Translations under genes and position numbers: made by a program
Assembly (NCBI GenBank): GCA_964106915.2
Contig: OZ066919.1
DNA length: 64,000 nt
Direction: 5' to 3' (one strand)
From: Podarcis gaigeae
Taxonomy: Eukaryota
The notes under the pieces: model-generated
What the model was told of the DNA's origin: nothing
Databases searched by the model: none
The model's input: only the letters and a program-made list of their open reading frames with translations
Part shown: in pieces, positions 12,074 through 25,222 of the stretch
How the letters are laid out: each line of letters opens with the position of its first letter
Numbering within the stretch: the first letter of the stretch is position 1

Positions 12074-14315
12074 TAAGAGAAGACAACATATAATTTACAG
12101 TCTACTCAGTGTGAACTTAAATTAAGTATGTTACTGCTGACCATATGGTGTTTATTGCAAATAAGATAGTTATTTCCTTATAGAATAGTGGTACTCAGAC
12201 CCGTCCCAAAATAGAGTAGGGTCACCTTGTGTCATACCTCCCCTTTCTACCACTTATCATATTTGTGAGTTTTAATTGAAAGAGGCATATCCCACAACTC
12301 TATTCATCTATGGAAAGTTGGTTTATCTTCTTCCATTTATGCCGTTCTTAAAATATGAGTCACTGTCTCCAAATCCCCAGATCAGACTTGGCCTAAAAAG
12401 CTAACCAGTGAGTCCAGTGGCAGATCGGTACCTATCTGGTTCTTCAGTTTTATGACACCCAGTATATGTCACATTAATTCTGTTTTCAATGTGAAATATT
12501 TGTTAAAGTTAGTTATTTAATAGTTTTAAGTATTACAATGATGGGTCACAATACTTTGCTTTATCTGAGTTTGTCTTTAGTTCCAGTACTCTTTAAACAC
12601 AAGCAACCCCAATCCAGTGAGAGCAGGGTGCATGTAGATAGGAACGCTGTGGAGAATGCAAAAAAATGTTAGGGCCATTCAAAGCTGACAGCCTCAATCT
12701 TCTACCTGGTAGAGGGAGCAAATTTAGCTGTCCCCTTGAGGAGAGAGGATAGTGCAAACTCAGGCCATAACTCAACCCCAAATTGGTGCATTTTAAGCTG
12801 ATAACCATTGAGCAGCTAAGTTTATACAGCTGCTCATGGGCCATGTACTGCTATATATGTATTTCTGGATTGGAGCAGGGTTTTGTTTTTTTACCTTAGC
12901 AAACCTTATTGAATCCTCTTTTATTAGTGGAGTTGTTTGACACACCTAAGCTTCTTGATACATACCCCTTTTCTCATTGCATTTTAAGATACGTTAACTT
13001 AAGAGCTGCTTTTTCCCACATCTTCCAGTCTTTTACTTGTTTGGCGTTGGCAGTGTTGTTTGGATGGAACAGATACTTAAGATTTGTGGGAAGCACAGAA
13101 TAAAGCCTTGGTTCTTGAAATATTATATGCTGTGACTATTTAAAAGCAGCTCTGCTGAGAATGCTTCACATGCAGAATCATCTAACTAATTAATCTTCTA
13201 TTTCACTTAAGCTTTATCCTTGTTCACAGCCTTATATTTCTTCCTGGAACCTGAAGCTGTTGGGAGTCACAGCTGAGTCAGGGAGCACATGCTTTGTATA
13301 GAGCAGGGCCCAGGTTTGGTACTTGGCGATTCCAGGTAGAACAGGAAATCCTTTGGGCCTTCAGATGTTGCTGGACATCAACTCCCATAAGCTGCAGACA
13401 GCATGGCAAATGGTCAGGAATGATGGAAGCTGTAGTCAAGCAAGGGCCACAGGTTACTTACTCATTCCTGAGTTAAAGGATCTTGGGTCAGGAGACATGG
13501 TCCTATATCTGACTCAGTATAAATGCATCTCTTTTGAGTTATTCTAGTTAATAATCTGGAACTTGAGTAGTATTAGTAGTAGTAGTAGTAATAGCAATAG
13601 CAGTAATAAGATTGTGACCTCTAGAATGTGCTCCTGGATTCAATTTATTTCAGGATATGTCTAGCTGCATCTAGTTAATCAGGTCAAGTTTAAGCCTCTT
13701 CTGTTTTTGACTTCATAGCCTCTCCCTTCCCCCTGGTAAATTAGTGCTGTAATTTGGTGCTAATCCCAGCTACTGTAATCTAGCTATTGATTAAATTACT
13801 ACAAATAAAATGATGACAATTTGGAAATGCATAGATCAGATCCAAATAAAACTGTGTGTGATAATCCTGGCCAGGGTAAAGATAACTCCAGAAGAATCTT
13901 GCAAATTGAGGACTTCTCACTGGCAAGGCACAATCCCAAATACTTTCTCTTTGCATTTTTGTTCACTGATACTGTTGGTCTGCAGATTATTGATAGCCTG
14001 GATTTAGTATCTGGTCAATAATATTCAGTGGCTGGACAAATGTCTTCTTTGACACAGCTATGAGAGGGCTTGCCCTCCTTTGCACTATCTGAACAGCCCT
14101 GCATTTGGAGCATGCAGAGATCAGGGCTTTACCCCAGCTGCTGAAGATAGTATAGACAATCTAATTATGCTCCCGTCATACAATGTGCAGCACTGAAAGG
14201 TGCTGTTCTGTAGGGACACTCCATTTTATTGAAAGCCAGGGCTGGCCTCCTTCCTGCTCAGCTTGCTGGGCTATGCCCCAGCAGAAAGAAATGAGAGAGA
14301 GACTGAGCCACATTT

Positions 14316-14325
14316 CCTTTTAAGG
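14316..14325. promoter_or_regulatory. CArG box (SRF site), CSRP1 intron 1
   Basis: CCTTTTAAGG matches CC(A/T)6GG. Confidence 0.45.
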
Positions 14326-14672
14326 CAATCCAAGGCTCCTAGCTGGAATTACTTGGCAGAGAGGGAGGGATACAGAACGTGAAAAGCTAGTTTGCAGGAT
14401 ATTGAGGTGGGAAGGCTGAGACAGACAACTGAGGGAAATATTTTAAAAAGGTGCTTTGATAATAAAACTGCTTTTATTCTTTTTACTCAGTTGCTGCAAA
14501 ATCTCCCAGCCTTAGTCCAGTGTTTGTTGTTGTTGTTGTTTTGAAAAGGAACTCTTCAAAACTGGATGAGCTTCTCAGGCAGCAGCAACTTGCAGATCAG
14601 CCAGGGTCCGCAGCCCTTTGCTCAAGAGGGCAGACTATGAGTATGGGCAGTTGGAGAGATAGGCAAATAGAT

Positions 14673-14984
14673 GTTGATGTTGTTTAGTGGTTTAGTCATG
14701 TCCGACTCTTCATGACCCCATGGACCAGAGCACGCCAGGCACTCCTGTCTTCCGCTGCTTCCTGCAGTTTGGTCAAACTCATGCTGGTAGCTTCGAGAAC
14801 ACTATACAACCATCTCGTCCTCTGTCGTCCCCGTCTCCTTGTGCCCTCAATCTTTCCCAACATCAGGGTCTTTTCCAGGGAGTCCTCTCTTCTCATGAGG
14901 TGGCCAAAGTACTGGAGCCTCAGCTTCAGGATCTGTCCTTCCAGTGAGGATTCAGGGCTGATTTCCTTCAGAATGGAGAGGTTT
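14673..14984 (-). mobile_element. BovB (RTE) LINE, 5'-truncated
   Basis: MRREDSLEKTLMLGKIEGTRRRGRQRTRW..DRSAWRALVHGVMKSRT matches the BovB C-terminus; (CAA)n-like tail; TSD GATAGGCA(A/G)ATAGAT. Confidence 0.92.
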
Positions 14985-16849
14985 GATAGGCAGATAGATA
15001 CAGATAGGCAGATAGATACAGATGCCTAAAACAGCCATTAAATTAGGCAGGTTCAATGGAGAAAGGGCTACTGTACTTTTAACAGTTGTGCAAAAGCGGA
15101 AATCTCAACAGGTGTGGCTTGTGCTGGGATGGAAAATGCTACACCAGCTGAAATCCCCTTGTTTACACAGGTACACCTGCTGAACTCTTGTTTATGCAAC
15201 TATCCAAGCTGCAGACTCCCTGTCCTCCTGAGCACCTGGCTTCCACATGTGACATGACCTGATTTGCCTTGTTTGTGCCTAATGCTGCCACTGCTGTTTT
15301 TTATGCTTCTGTTTTGGAAGAGGTGTTATATTGTTGAAGAAGGAGTTATCCAACTCACAAAAGGCAGAAGTGGAGATATATATTGGATTATTTTGCATTG
15401 TCAGTAAAAAGAAGATGCTTACACCAAGCTGCTTTCTCATTCTAATGGATGGTAGAGGAGAGAGAGAGATGTTCAGCTTGGCTTTGCAAAAACATAAGAT
15501 TCTAAATTTTTAGTATAAGCTGTCTCACTTAAAAGTGTGATCTGGGCACTCTAGCTGTATATCAAGTTCAGGACCTCTTCCCCTTTTCTTCAGAGGAACC
15601 AATTGTAGCAATTGGGCCTCTGCATGGAGTATTTGTGTTGTTTTTTTTTGGCATTTATTAATTATTTACAGAAATTATACTACACCTTTTAGTCAGAAAG
15701 TGACTTCCAAACTTCTTAGAGTGACTTCCAAACATCAATTCTATGACAGTCCCTGCCCACAGGCTCGCAGTCCAAAATGACATGGCACACAAAGAAAAGG
15801 GAATGGGAAGGAAGAGGAAAAGGCAAGTTCAAGCACAAGTTCTTAAAGTTACAGCTGATGTCAGTGGCAATTCTGGCTGTCCATCCCCAGAAATAGTCTT
15901 CTTCTCAGGCCAGATCCAGGAGCAGAGCTGGTGACAATGTCCAGGCCAGTAGGACAAGGAAGCTCCTGCCACACAGTTCTTTCTTTGTAAAGCTGTTTTC
16001 ATTGTAAAAACAACCCTTGTAGGAGAGGGCTTGATGGAGGTGCCCTCTGCCCTCATCAGTGTAAGCGGCAGTTCTGGATGTCTTGCCACTCCCAGATCAG
16101 ATTGAGGCTGGGAGAACCAGGCAGCTCCTGCCAAACAGTTCTTAAGACTTGATGGCCGAGTAGTTATGTGATAAGAGAGGGGGTGTCCCTTCTTGAACCA
16201 TGTGGACATGATCAAGATGGACTTCCTCTTCAGTTCTTAGTTCTCTAAGTTCAGCCAAAGAAGCTTAAGAAATACTGCTAACATCAGACTGATACTGTAT
16301 ATCACTAATTCAGAAAATGAGATTTCCTGCGCTCTTCAGCCATGCACTGCCCTGTTCCGTGTTCCTTATCTGTTTATTTTTGGCCTTGGCTCCATATTTC
16401 TAACCACACCTTTCTGTTTTATTTTTCCCGTCCTTTTATGAGTGGGTTTATGCACATCCTGGAAGAGAATGTATCACTGCAGTATTGGCCTTGTGCCTGG
16501 ATCATAAGACTTCTTTCCTTCTAGGTTAAAAGCTACCTTGGACAGATTTGGCACATGGATGGCCTTCTCATTTCTGAGCCACTTGGTGCTTTATCTTAAG
16601 GTAGCATCCTCCTTGCGTCACACAAAATTAAGGTAAAGGCCATTTATTCTGCAAGAAGCTAATTCACAGGAAATGCTTTACCTTGAGCTTTGCTATCCAG
16701 ATCTTCAAAGCAGCAAGAACAGAGTTGCAGCAGTCTGCCCTTAAAAAGCCTAATGAAATTGAGGCAGTTTCTTCTGCTTCTTTCAGGCTCCCATTCCTTT
16801 TGTACATTCTCCTTCTGCTTCACCTCAGGTGCTAAAATCAGCAGAGGTC

Positions 16850-17100
16850 TCCACCTTCATAAGCTTGGGGTGGTGGAGGTCCAGGAGAGGGCATTTTCTG
16901 TGGGAGCCCCTAAATTGTGGACCTCCCTCCCCACCAAGGTGTCTCTAGCACCTTCATTATACAGCTTCTGGCAAATGTTGTAGATATACCTCTTTACCCT
17001 GGCTTTTGACACTTGAGATGTATATTTTTAGGATGCATCCTATTTCTGTCATTGTAAGTTGTTTTAATGTTGTAACCTACACAAAGGCCTTAGGGTGAAA
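16850..17100 (+). mobile_element. Degenerate L2-clade 3' fragment
   Basis: Reads ERAFSVGAPKLWTSLP, similar to QRAFSVVAPILWNALP of the L2 at 30 kb. Confidence 0.6.
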
Positions 17101-17556
17101 GACAGAAGGGTAGGTAGAATGATTGGGTGCCTTGTTCCTGGCACTACTGTGGTGTCTAAAGGCATAATGTGAATCTCATAAACTGTAATGTGGCATTCCT
17201 ACTAGAACTTCCCTCATCCCCATTCTTTATTTCAGAAATGTGAAATCAATGAGACTTGGGTATCTACTATTTAAAACATAGTTGGAAATTCCTGCAACTT
17301 ATGCGGCAAGACTGTTCACAGTATACAAACTGACAGAAGCCTTCTGAATCTGTGCCATTAATTCCAGTGAGTGACTCTTCCAGGCAAGGGAGGGGTATTA
17401 CAGGCATGTGGTATTTCTCATTATCCCACTGTTAATTTCCTCCCTCAACATTCTTGGAATAGATGTGGAAGACAGGGAGCCAAGTGAAGGAAGCTACTGA
17501 CATCAGAGGCCAGTGCAGCTCTAGATCTCTTTAGTGCATGTCTGCAATGTACTAAA

Positions 17557-17919
17557 AAGGTAAAGGTAAAGGTACCCCTGCCCGTACGGGCCAGTCTTGA
17601 CAGACTCTGGGGTTGTGCGCCCATCTCACTCAAGAGGCCAGGGGCCAGCGCTGTCCGAAGACACTTCCGGGTCACGTGGCCAGCGTGACATCGCTGCTCT
17701 GGTGAGCCAGAGCTGCACACGGAAACGCCGTTTACCTTCCCGACAGTAAGCGGTCCCTATTTATCTACTTGCACCCAGGGGTGCTTTTGAACTGCTAGGT
17801 TGGCAGGCGCTGGGACCGAGCAATGGGAGCGCACCCCGCAGTGGGGATTTGAACCACCGATCTTTCGATCGGCAAGCCCTAGGCGCTGAGGCTTTAACCC
17901 ATAGCGCCACCCGCGTCCC
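17557..17919 (-). mobile_element. Sauria SINE, young subfamily B
   Basis: Full length; perfect 13-bp TSD GCAATGTACTAAA. Confidence 0.95.
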
Positions 17920-17947
17920 GCAATGTACTAAAGTCAGCAACATAAAC

Positions 17948-18083
17948 CAGGCATAGGCAAACTCAGCCCTCCAGATGCTTTGGAACTACAACTCCCATCA
18001 TCCGTGACCACTAGTCCTGTTAGCTAGGAATGATGGGAGTTGTAGTCCCAAAACATCTGGAGGGCCGAGTTTGCCTATGCTTG
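17948..18083. mobile_element. Palindromic hAT MITE
   Basis: TIRs CAGGCATAGGCAAACTC / GAGTTTGCCTATGCTTG; perfect TSD ACATAAAC. Confidence 0.9.
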
Positions 18084-18169
18084 ACATAAACACCCACCCG
18101 CCTCCGTCATAACACAAGTGTGCTGTGAATGCATAAAAACCAGTGTGTGCAGGAAATACAAAGAGCAAG

Positions 18170-18493
18170 CCAAATAAGGGTGACAGGAATGGGGCTAATG
18201 ATGTGGCTAATGGGGCTAATGATGTAACCCTTAGTTATAGAAATATGCGAGCTGTTTATCTCACACTCTGGTCTACAGTAAAGGTACTTTCTGCCACATC
18301 AATAAAGTCTGCAAACCATTCTCTTCACAGCTTCATGCAGGTTGCTTATTGGGTTTTAATGGGTTATTTGAATGCATCCTTGGTAACTGATAAGTCAGGG
18401 CCAGCCCAATACATTTGGGCACCTGATGCAAATGACAAAGTGATGCCCCCCTCTTTGCGATGGAATAAGGGATGGGTGAAGTTCTATATAAGG
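18170..18493. promoter_or_regulatory. Candidate SRF/TEAD enhancer, CSRP1 intron 1
   Basis: Perfect CArG CCAAATAAGG (18170-18179), MCAT core GGAATG (18186-18191) and CArG-like CTATATAAGG (18484-18493). Confidence 0.55.
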
Positions 18494-18673
18494 AACAAAG
18501 AGGTAATAAAGATCCACATCAGGATCTGCTGCCCCTGTGGATCCTGCCACCTGAGGCGGTTGCCTCACCTTGCCTCATAGGTGGGCCAGTCCTGTGGTAA
18601 GTTCATTGTGCTACCCCAGTTCCCCTGTCTTCAGTCAATTACATTGCCCCCCCCCATTTGTTCCCTTTACAGG

Positions 18674-18785
18674 ATGCCGAACTGGGGTGGAGGAAAAAAG
18701 TGTGGCGTGTGCCAGAAAACGGTGTACTTTGCTGAGGAGGTGCAATGTGAAGGCAACAGCTTCCACAAATCCTGCTTCTTATGCA
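18674..18785 (+). CDS. CSRP1: CSRP1 coding exon (exon 2), LIM1 N-terminal half
   Basis: tttacAG|G ATG; encodes [37 protein letters not shown]; donor A|GTGAGT; 112 coding nt. Confidence 0.97.
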
Positions 18786-21084
18786 GTGAGTATGGCAACC
18801 CCAGGGATGTTTCTGATTTTCTTTTTTCATGCAGACATGTACAATACTCTTGCCAACGTGGTAAATAAAATCTGGGATTTCTTCAGCAGCTAGTAGGGAG
18901 TATGTTGCAATTTGGCTTTGCTGTTTTGCTGCCAATGCAGACTAGCTCTCTGTAAGGAAGTCCTGCAGTCTAACTACTATACAACACTGCCTCTCCTCTT
19001 TGGACAGGAGCACTGTAGAGCTACAGCAGAAGGTTGGCACGTAGTAGGGCCTGGTATTTTGACTGCTGAGCTGCTTAAACACATGTCATGTATCTTGCCA
19101 CATGATCTGGCTCACACTCACAGGGGTGCTGTGAATATAAATTATGTACATGAAACAGAATTGTGTACATGGCCAAGAGCTCCTGGGCAGCAACATTCCA
19201 ATGGAAGGGGGGGGGACTAATAACCCATAGGCTGTATCCAGCCCCAAAAAGATTTTTGTGTCCCCAATTTGTCATTAAAAAATTCATCCACTTCTCTACT
19301 GGCTCTCTTGCTGTGATGCCATAGGGATTTTTGTGTGTGCTTCCCAAGCCCCTCCAAATCTGTTTTTTTGTTTACTGAATTTAATTTAAAAAAATTAAAA
19401 CGTGATTAAAGATTGTCTTAAAATAGTTTAGATAGCTGATGGAAAATTATTTGAAAGTCAATCTTGAAAACTGCCTATGTCTACCACATGGGGTCTGAAG
19501 AGTCAATGTGGCCCTCTGTTCAAAAAGAGGTTAGCAACAGCCCTGTTCTAACCAAACTGCTTTCCACTATGTACACCTGTCCAGTGGTCCCAGCAACCCA
19601 GGAAGTATCTACCTTGTCTAAAGGGATAAGCCTTGCTTGTAGCATTCACTGTGGCTCCCACCAGAACCTCTGCAGTACCCTGATAATTCTTGCCTCAGAT
19701 TTTGAACTGTGCATGCACAACCACGTTTTGGCAGTACAAATCTGCTGCTCAGAATGTCCCCCAAAACAATGAAGGATTGCCTTCTCTAGTAACCCTGAGT
19801 AAAGCATGCCAGTCGTTTCCCCCCAGATTGCAAAGGAACATGTAATATGACTGTTCAAAAATTGGAGGAAAAAAATGTTCTTAAAAGCACTTTTTAAACT
19901 TCCTGCACATTTACCAATCTTTTATTAGATGAGTTTGAAAGCTGGAACATTGTTGATCTCTTCATGTACATTACATATGCCAATGTTCAAATTATTGGCT
20001 CATGTTTCAAGTTATTTTGCAAGTTAAAATAGTGAAAGTTTTTTGAATCCTAAAATCAGACTTGTAAAGTGCTACTGATGGCCAGAAATGTCATGAAATT
20101 TTTCCTGCTCTATTATTTCATACAAAAAGGTTTCTGACGGTCCTTTTTATTGAGTCATCTGTGTTAACAGATATGGGAGCCTGCTTTCAAGTTGCATGGA
20201 ACTCTTAATCAGGCAGCAGTAAGTGTTCCATGTAATTCAAAAGCTTTCTGTCCTACTCTGCCTTACAGTTCCTGTACTCTGCAAGCACAGCCATTAAATT
20301 TCCATGCACTGTAGTGCTAGTCATAGATGGTAAAAAGTTCTATATTAGTTTGTTTCATAACGGCAATGGATCTTGCTCTTTCTGTAACTCCATTCTAATT
20401 GACAGTGAATTCATAGACAGAATTTTAAACCTGATAGGCCCTGCCTATTGAAGCTGAATGTCAAATGTAGAGCCTCTTTAGCCAGCTGGTGTTGACTTGG
20501 TTGTTGTTTTTTAAATAAAATAAAAAGCTTTCTGTTCTTGTGCTCTGCTCTCTACTGCATCCAATGTTAGGCTTATCTTCACACTAATGCTGTGTTTGTC
20601 TTTTCTTATGCGCTGTGTGTCTGATGACCTCCTGTGTTTGTGTGTTCCGCCTCTAAGAATCTTGTATATGCTTCAGCTTGCTGTGGTTGTGAATAAACTA
20701 AACAATAGCTGGTGAAAGGAAATGCGGCTAATCTGCTAATCTCAAAGCACTGAAGGAAATGCCCTCTGTGATGGGACTGTGTTGACCTGGGGCAACAGCT
20801 GTTCTCTAGTTTAGCAGCTGGAAAATGTGATTTTTACTGCAGCTATGAACATCTTAAAACAAAAGTTGTGCTGCTCTCTTACTGCACAATATGTACCAAC
20901 CTCTGGTCCCTGTGACCACATAAACTCACTTTGACCCTAACAAAGGAGACTTAATAGGAGCAGTCTCATCTGTTGTTCAAGTGACTTGCCTGTTCATGTG
21001 GGTGTGGAGATCTATTTTTTACATCAACCTTAAGCAAAGCTACAGGGGGTAAATGTCTGAAGTAGGGGGAAAGCTGCAGCTCCT

Positions 21085-21253
21085 GGGGAAGGGCCATAGC
21101 TCAGTCATAGAGCATCTGCTTTGCATGCAGAAGGTGTCAGGTTCATTCCCCTACATCTCCAGGTAGGGCTGGGGAGAGAACCTTGCCTGGAACCCTGAAG
21201 AGCCATGCCAGACAGTTTACAGATAGTACAAAGCTAGATGGACCAATGGTCTG
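21085..21253 (+). mobile_element. Older tRNA-derived SINE (tRNA-Ala-like head)
   Basis: Head ggccatagctcag..gagcatctgctttgcatgcagaagg..ggttca. Related copies at about 51391-51559 (+), 56652-56840 (+), 36660-36770 (-) and 37770-37885 (-). Confidence 0.65.
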
Positions 21254-22511
21254 TGCAAGTAACTGAACACTTGTGGACCTGCAGATATTATGGCCTCAAA
21301 TAAGAACACTTCCAGGCTTGGGGAACCAGGAGACCCAAAGATCACACCATTTGTTCACCAGAGAGCCAAAGTTTATGTTGGAGGGTTGCCAACCCACAAA
21401 CAATGAACAGCATTACCAGCCATGTTACAAATGTGAAGAGAGATGAGACAGAATAAAATTGCCAAGTCATTTATTTATGAAACTTTTATACCACTTTTCT
21501 GTTAAAAATAAACAGAGCAGTGCATTGTTTGGAACAAACAGTGAAGAATATTGCATGGCAGGAAATCACCATTAACATTCCTCTGAATATAAACTAAGCA
21601 GAGTCTTAATCAGTAAACTGTCAAGAGAACTTGATAAATCAAAACCCTTAAAATAAAAAAGGATGTAGCTCATCAAACCCATTAGCCTTTACCAGTTCCA
21701 AATAAGATCCAAGCTCCATTGTTTGTGGGGGGTGGGAGGAGAAATTCCTAAACATATCGGCTTCCTGGACAGTTACTGAGAAGGGGCCTCATTTGCTCTG
21801 AATGAGAGTAAAAGGAACACACCAGCAGTGAATCAGTTCCTGTTCGACTGATTACAACAGAGAGCAACATAGTTAATCAGTGACGCATTGTAGAGCACGG
21901 AAGTGTAAGTAAGTGGTGGGCTTGGGTTACATCAAAACAAACACCAGATTCTTCTTGAAGTGTGTGGATACGCTAAACAGCTGTCATCTGCAAACAACCC
22001 CAAACCTAGTCCTTTTTAGCTTTTCTGAGCTCATTGGTATGGAATCTCTGCTTCAGAACTACGGCTAATATCCTGATTTCAAATAATTGAGAATGGCATC
22101 TTAGCGAGGCATTTGGCAGTGGCTTCTCAAAGATTTGTATATAGGGCTGAGCAAAAGGGGCCTTTGATATGGAGAGGGCAAAACTCTGAATGGAAAGAAG
22201 ACACACTTCAATCCCCTTCACCAGAAACATAGAACCAAGTATCTTTGATCATAGCTGATTCCCCTTAAGATTACTATAATGACCCAGCAGCCCAATATGT
22301 CACGCTGTTCAAAATAGCTGAGCCTAACTTGTAGTGATTGTACAAGACATCGAGGCCAGGCAAGTATTGGAACTCCACTCCAAGAAATGTAAGCTGTTTT
22401 TGATGGAAGAGAGTTTTGCAGCAATCCTCCTTTGATGGCAGCACATCTTGACACTCCTCCTCCTATTAATTCTCTCTGCTGGAGGGCTAGACCAGTCAGA
22501 GGAAAATAGTA

Positions 22512-22562
22512 CCATATTTGGTAATGAGGATGGGATATTCAGTCTTGGAGACCCATATTTAG
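22512..22562. promoter_or_regulatory. Paired CArG / CArG-like boxes, CSRP1 intron 2
   Basis: Perfect CCATATTTGG (22512-22521) and one-mismatch CCATATTTAG (22553-22562). Confidence 0.5.
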
Positions 22563-23048
22563 TTGCAAGGTATAGGCTGTTGCTACTGTTGCTACTGTGG
22601 CATTCCTAGGGGAGCGCTCTGTTTCGTTTTCGCATTCTTTAAGAGTAAGGCAATTTTATTTTGGGCTAAGAGGCAAACTCCAGCCTCCTGAGGTTTTAAA
22701 ACTTGACTGCTGTTGGCAGACTCAACATCTCTTTCTCTCTCTCTTTAAGGACAATATAGAACTCAAGGCTCTAATTCCTTTGCAGCTGGGAGGAACATAA
22801 CATTAGCTCTTGGACTCAGTTCTGATCCCTCTTATCCTTGCGGCCATCGCTCTTCTCCTCTCCTCACCCTCTGCAGTTCTGACTCTAGAATCAAGGCAAG
22901 GGTTAAGAGAGGACACCAATATGAGTGATGCTGAGGTCTGAATGTACATTTGAGAGAGGGAAATGTGTTTGTGTGCAACTGTGAAGCTGTCAGATACTGG
23001 ATAGCCCAGGCAGAAGCATTTTTGTCTGCAGTTGGAAAGCTCTGTCAA

Positions 23049-24300
23049 TTTTCTTTTCTTTTCTTTTCCAATAATTTTTTATTGATTTTCCATAATATTT
23101 AACAAATTGTCACCAAAATAATAACAATTTCTACAAATTCGATGCAAATTTAAAAGCTGATTTCCCACACACCCCAGATGTTCCCTCTATTTTCCTCCCT
23201 CCTTTCCTGCTCCCAATAAAATAACTTTTCCAACTATCATTTCAAGATACAGTCACCCCTTCTCCCTACACACCACCTGTTCAATTACCAATTTTTGCTT
23301 TGGCTTTTATACATTGTTATAAACTGTCCTCAAAATAGTTGAGTAGAGGAAATCCTCTTTTATCTATCTGTAATAGTCGTTCATCAATTTTGAAACATTT
23401 CCTTCTGATACCTCTTGAGTAACACTTTGTCTGAGAAAGACAGATCTTGCTTCCTCCCAGACAACACACACATGTTCTTCCCTAACATGGCCTTGAGCAT
23501 TGCTGTCTGACATCTCGCCCCAGTAATCAACAACTCAGCCTCACTGGTGCTGCATGCAGAGGGTGAAAATGAAACACCCCCCCTCTCACACTACCAATCT
23601 CCCAGTGTCACCCACCCCTCACATTTTGCCAAAATTTAATCCTGCATTTTACATACAAACAGTTCATTATTGAATCATTAATAAATAAACATAATCCATA
23701 TCTCTTCTTTTCTGTCTAAAAGTCTCAGACACCATCAATATGGTATGCACTGTGGTCCACCCTGTCTCTTTCACTGTTCTTATTTCCAGCTTCAAGAGGG
23801 TGGGGTTGATAAAATCTCAACAAAATCCATATCTTCTCTCCATCCTCCCCCCTAAACTAATAAATCTTCCTGCAGTCCATCCTGCCAATCCTCAGTTCCA
23901 TTACATCCAACCCCACAGTTTGTTCTCTTCCTAGTGCTTAGCAGACAATCAATCCAGTTGTTCCTAAACTTTCCTTCTTCATTATTTTAATTTCACAATA
24001 CGAAGTTCAAAGGAGTGGTCAAAATCCCTCAAGGTTGTTCCTCTCCATCTTCTTTCAGGCAAAGTCCTTAGTTATAGAATAAAGCCATCACAAAGAGGTA
24101 TCTTTAAAGTCACTCTTCCCCAAAAACTTTACATTCCATTGCTTTAGAGGAGAGTAGATAATGCAGACCCTCCCAAAATGACTTAAAATATTTCCTCCCC
24201 TCCTCTCCTTCCACCTGTCAAGCAAAGCAGAAACAAGCATCTTTGATTCTTTCCAAACCTTTCCAAACAGATGGTTTTCTCTTGCAGCATAAATCAGGAC
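23049..24300 (-). mobile_element. Probable L1-related retroelement remnant (boundaries uncertain)
   Basis: Begins with a poly-T/ttttc tract and tttttattg, resembling the other L1-type tails in this window. No TSD found. Confidence 0.4.
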
Positions 24301-24446
24301 ATTTTCAGGAGGGTGCCTCTTCGCTTGCCAGTTATGTCTGAATTAAATGGTATTCCACAGCTCATCACAGTAAATTGCTGGGGCTGTCCTTGATGGAGCC
24401 ATTGAGCCCAGCGCCCTCACCTTTTTGTCTTTGAGATGAGGATTTC

Positions 24447-24454
24447 CACACACA

Positions 24455-24495
<41 letters not shown>
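24447..24495. repeat. (CA)n microsatellite
   Basis: Read directly from the sequence. Confidence 0.95.
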
Positions 24496-24496
<1 letters not shown>

Positions 24497-24691
24497 GCGA
24501 ACACACACAGAGTATCTTGACAGTAGCTCTTCAGTGTCATCTGTTCTTTGACCCTAATTCTCTGTGGCACTGCAGGTATTGAATGGCTACCCACAAATCT
24601 CCTCAGGTAGCTCCTTGGAGAAAGCAGGTCTGATACTTAAAGCTTCTGAAGGCCTTCTGACTTTTGACTCTTCCTTCTCCCTTCCTTGCAG

Positions 24692-24860
24692 TGGTTTGCA
24701 AAAAGAACTTGGACAGCACCACAGTAGCTGTGCATGGAGAAGAAATCTACTGCAAGTCATGCTATGGGAAGAAGTATGGACCAAAAGGCTATGGATTTGG
24801 ACAGGGAGCAGGGACTCTGAGCATGGACAGGGGGGAAGGACTTGGGATCAAACCCGAGCA
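24692..24860 (+). CDS. CSRP1: CSRP1 exon 3, LIM1 C-terminal half, KKYGPK motif and Gly-rich repeat
   Basis: Polypyrimidine tract + ttgcAG; encodes (M)[55 protein letters not shown]; donor CA|GTAAGT; 169 nt, in phase. Confidence 0.97.
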
Positions 24861-24981
24861 GTAAGTTGTAAATCTTTGTGCATCCTGGTAACAAGTGTGA
24901 TCATATTGTCTGTCTTAGGTGAAGATTTTATTTCTTGCTTGTGCAGAAAGGGTGCCAAATACAGTGGTACTATGCCAAATA

Positions 24982-25222
24982 CAGTGGTACCTCGGGTTAA
25001 GTACTTAATTCGTTCCAGAGGTCCGTACTTAACCTGAAACTGTTCTTAACCTGAAGCACCACTTTAGCTAAGGGGCCTCCTGCTGCCGCTGCGCCACCAG
25101 AGCATAATTTCTGTTCTCATCCTGAAGCAAAGTTCTTAACCCGAGGTACTATTTCTGGGTTAGCGGAATCTGTAACCTGAAGCATATGTAACCTGAAGCG
25201 TATGTAACCTAAGGTACCACTG
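24982..25222. mobile_element. Tc1/mariner (Tigger-like) MITE
   Basis: TIRs CAGTGGTACCTCGGGTTA / TAACCTAAGGTACCACTG with TA TSD; same family at 33651 and 57664. Confidence 0.9.
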
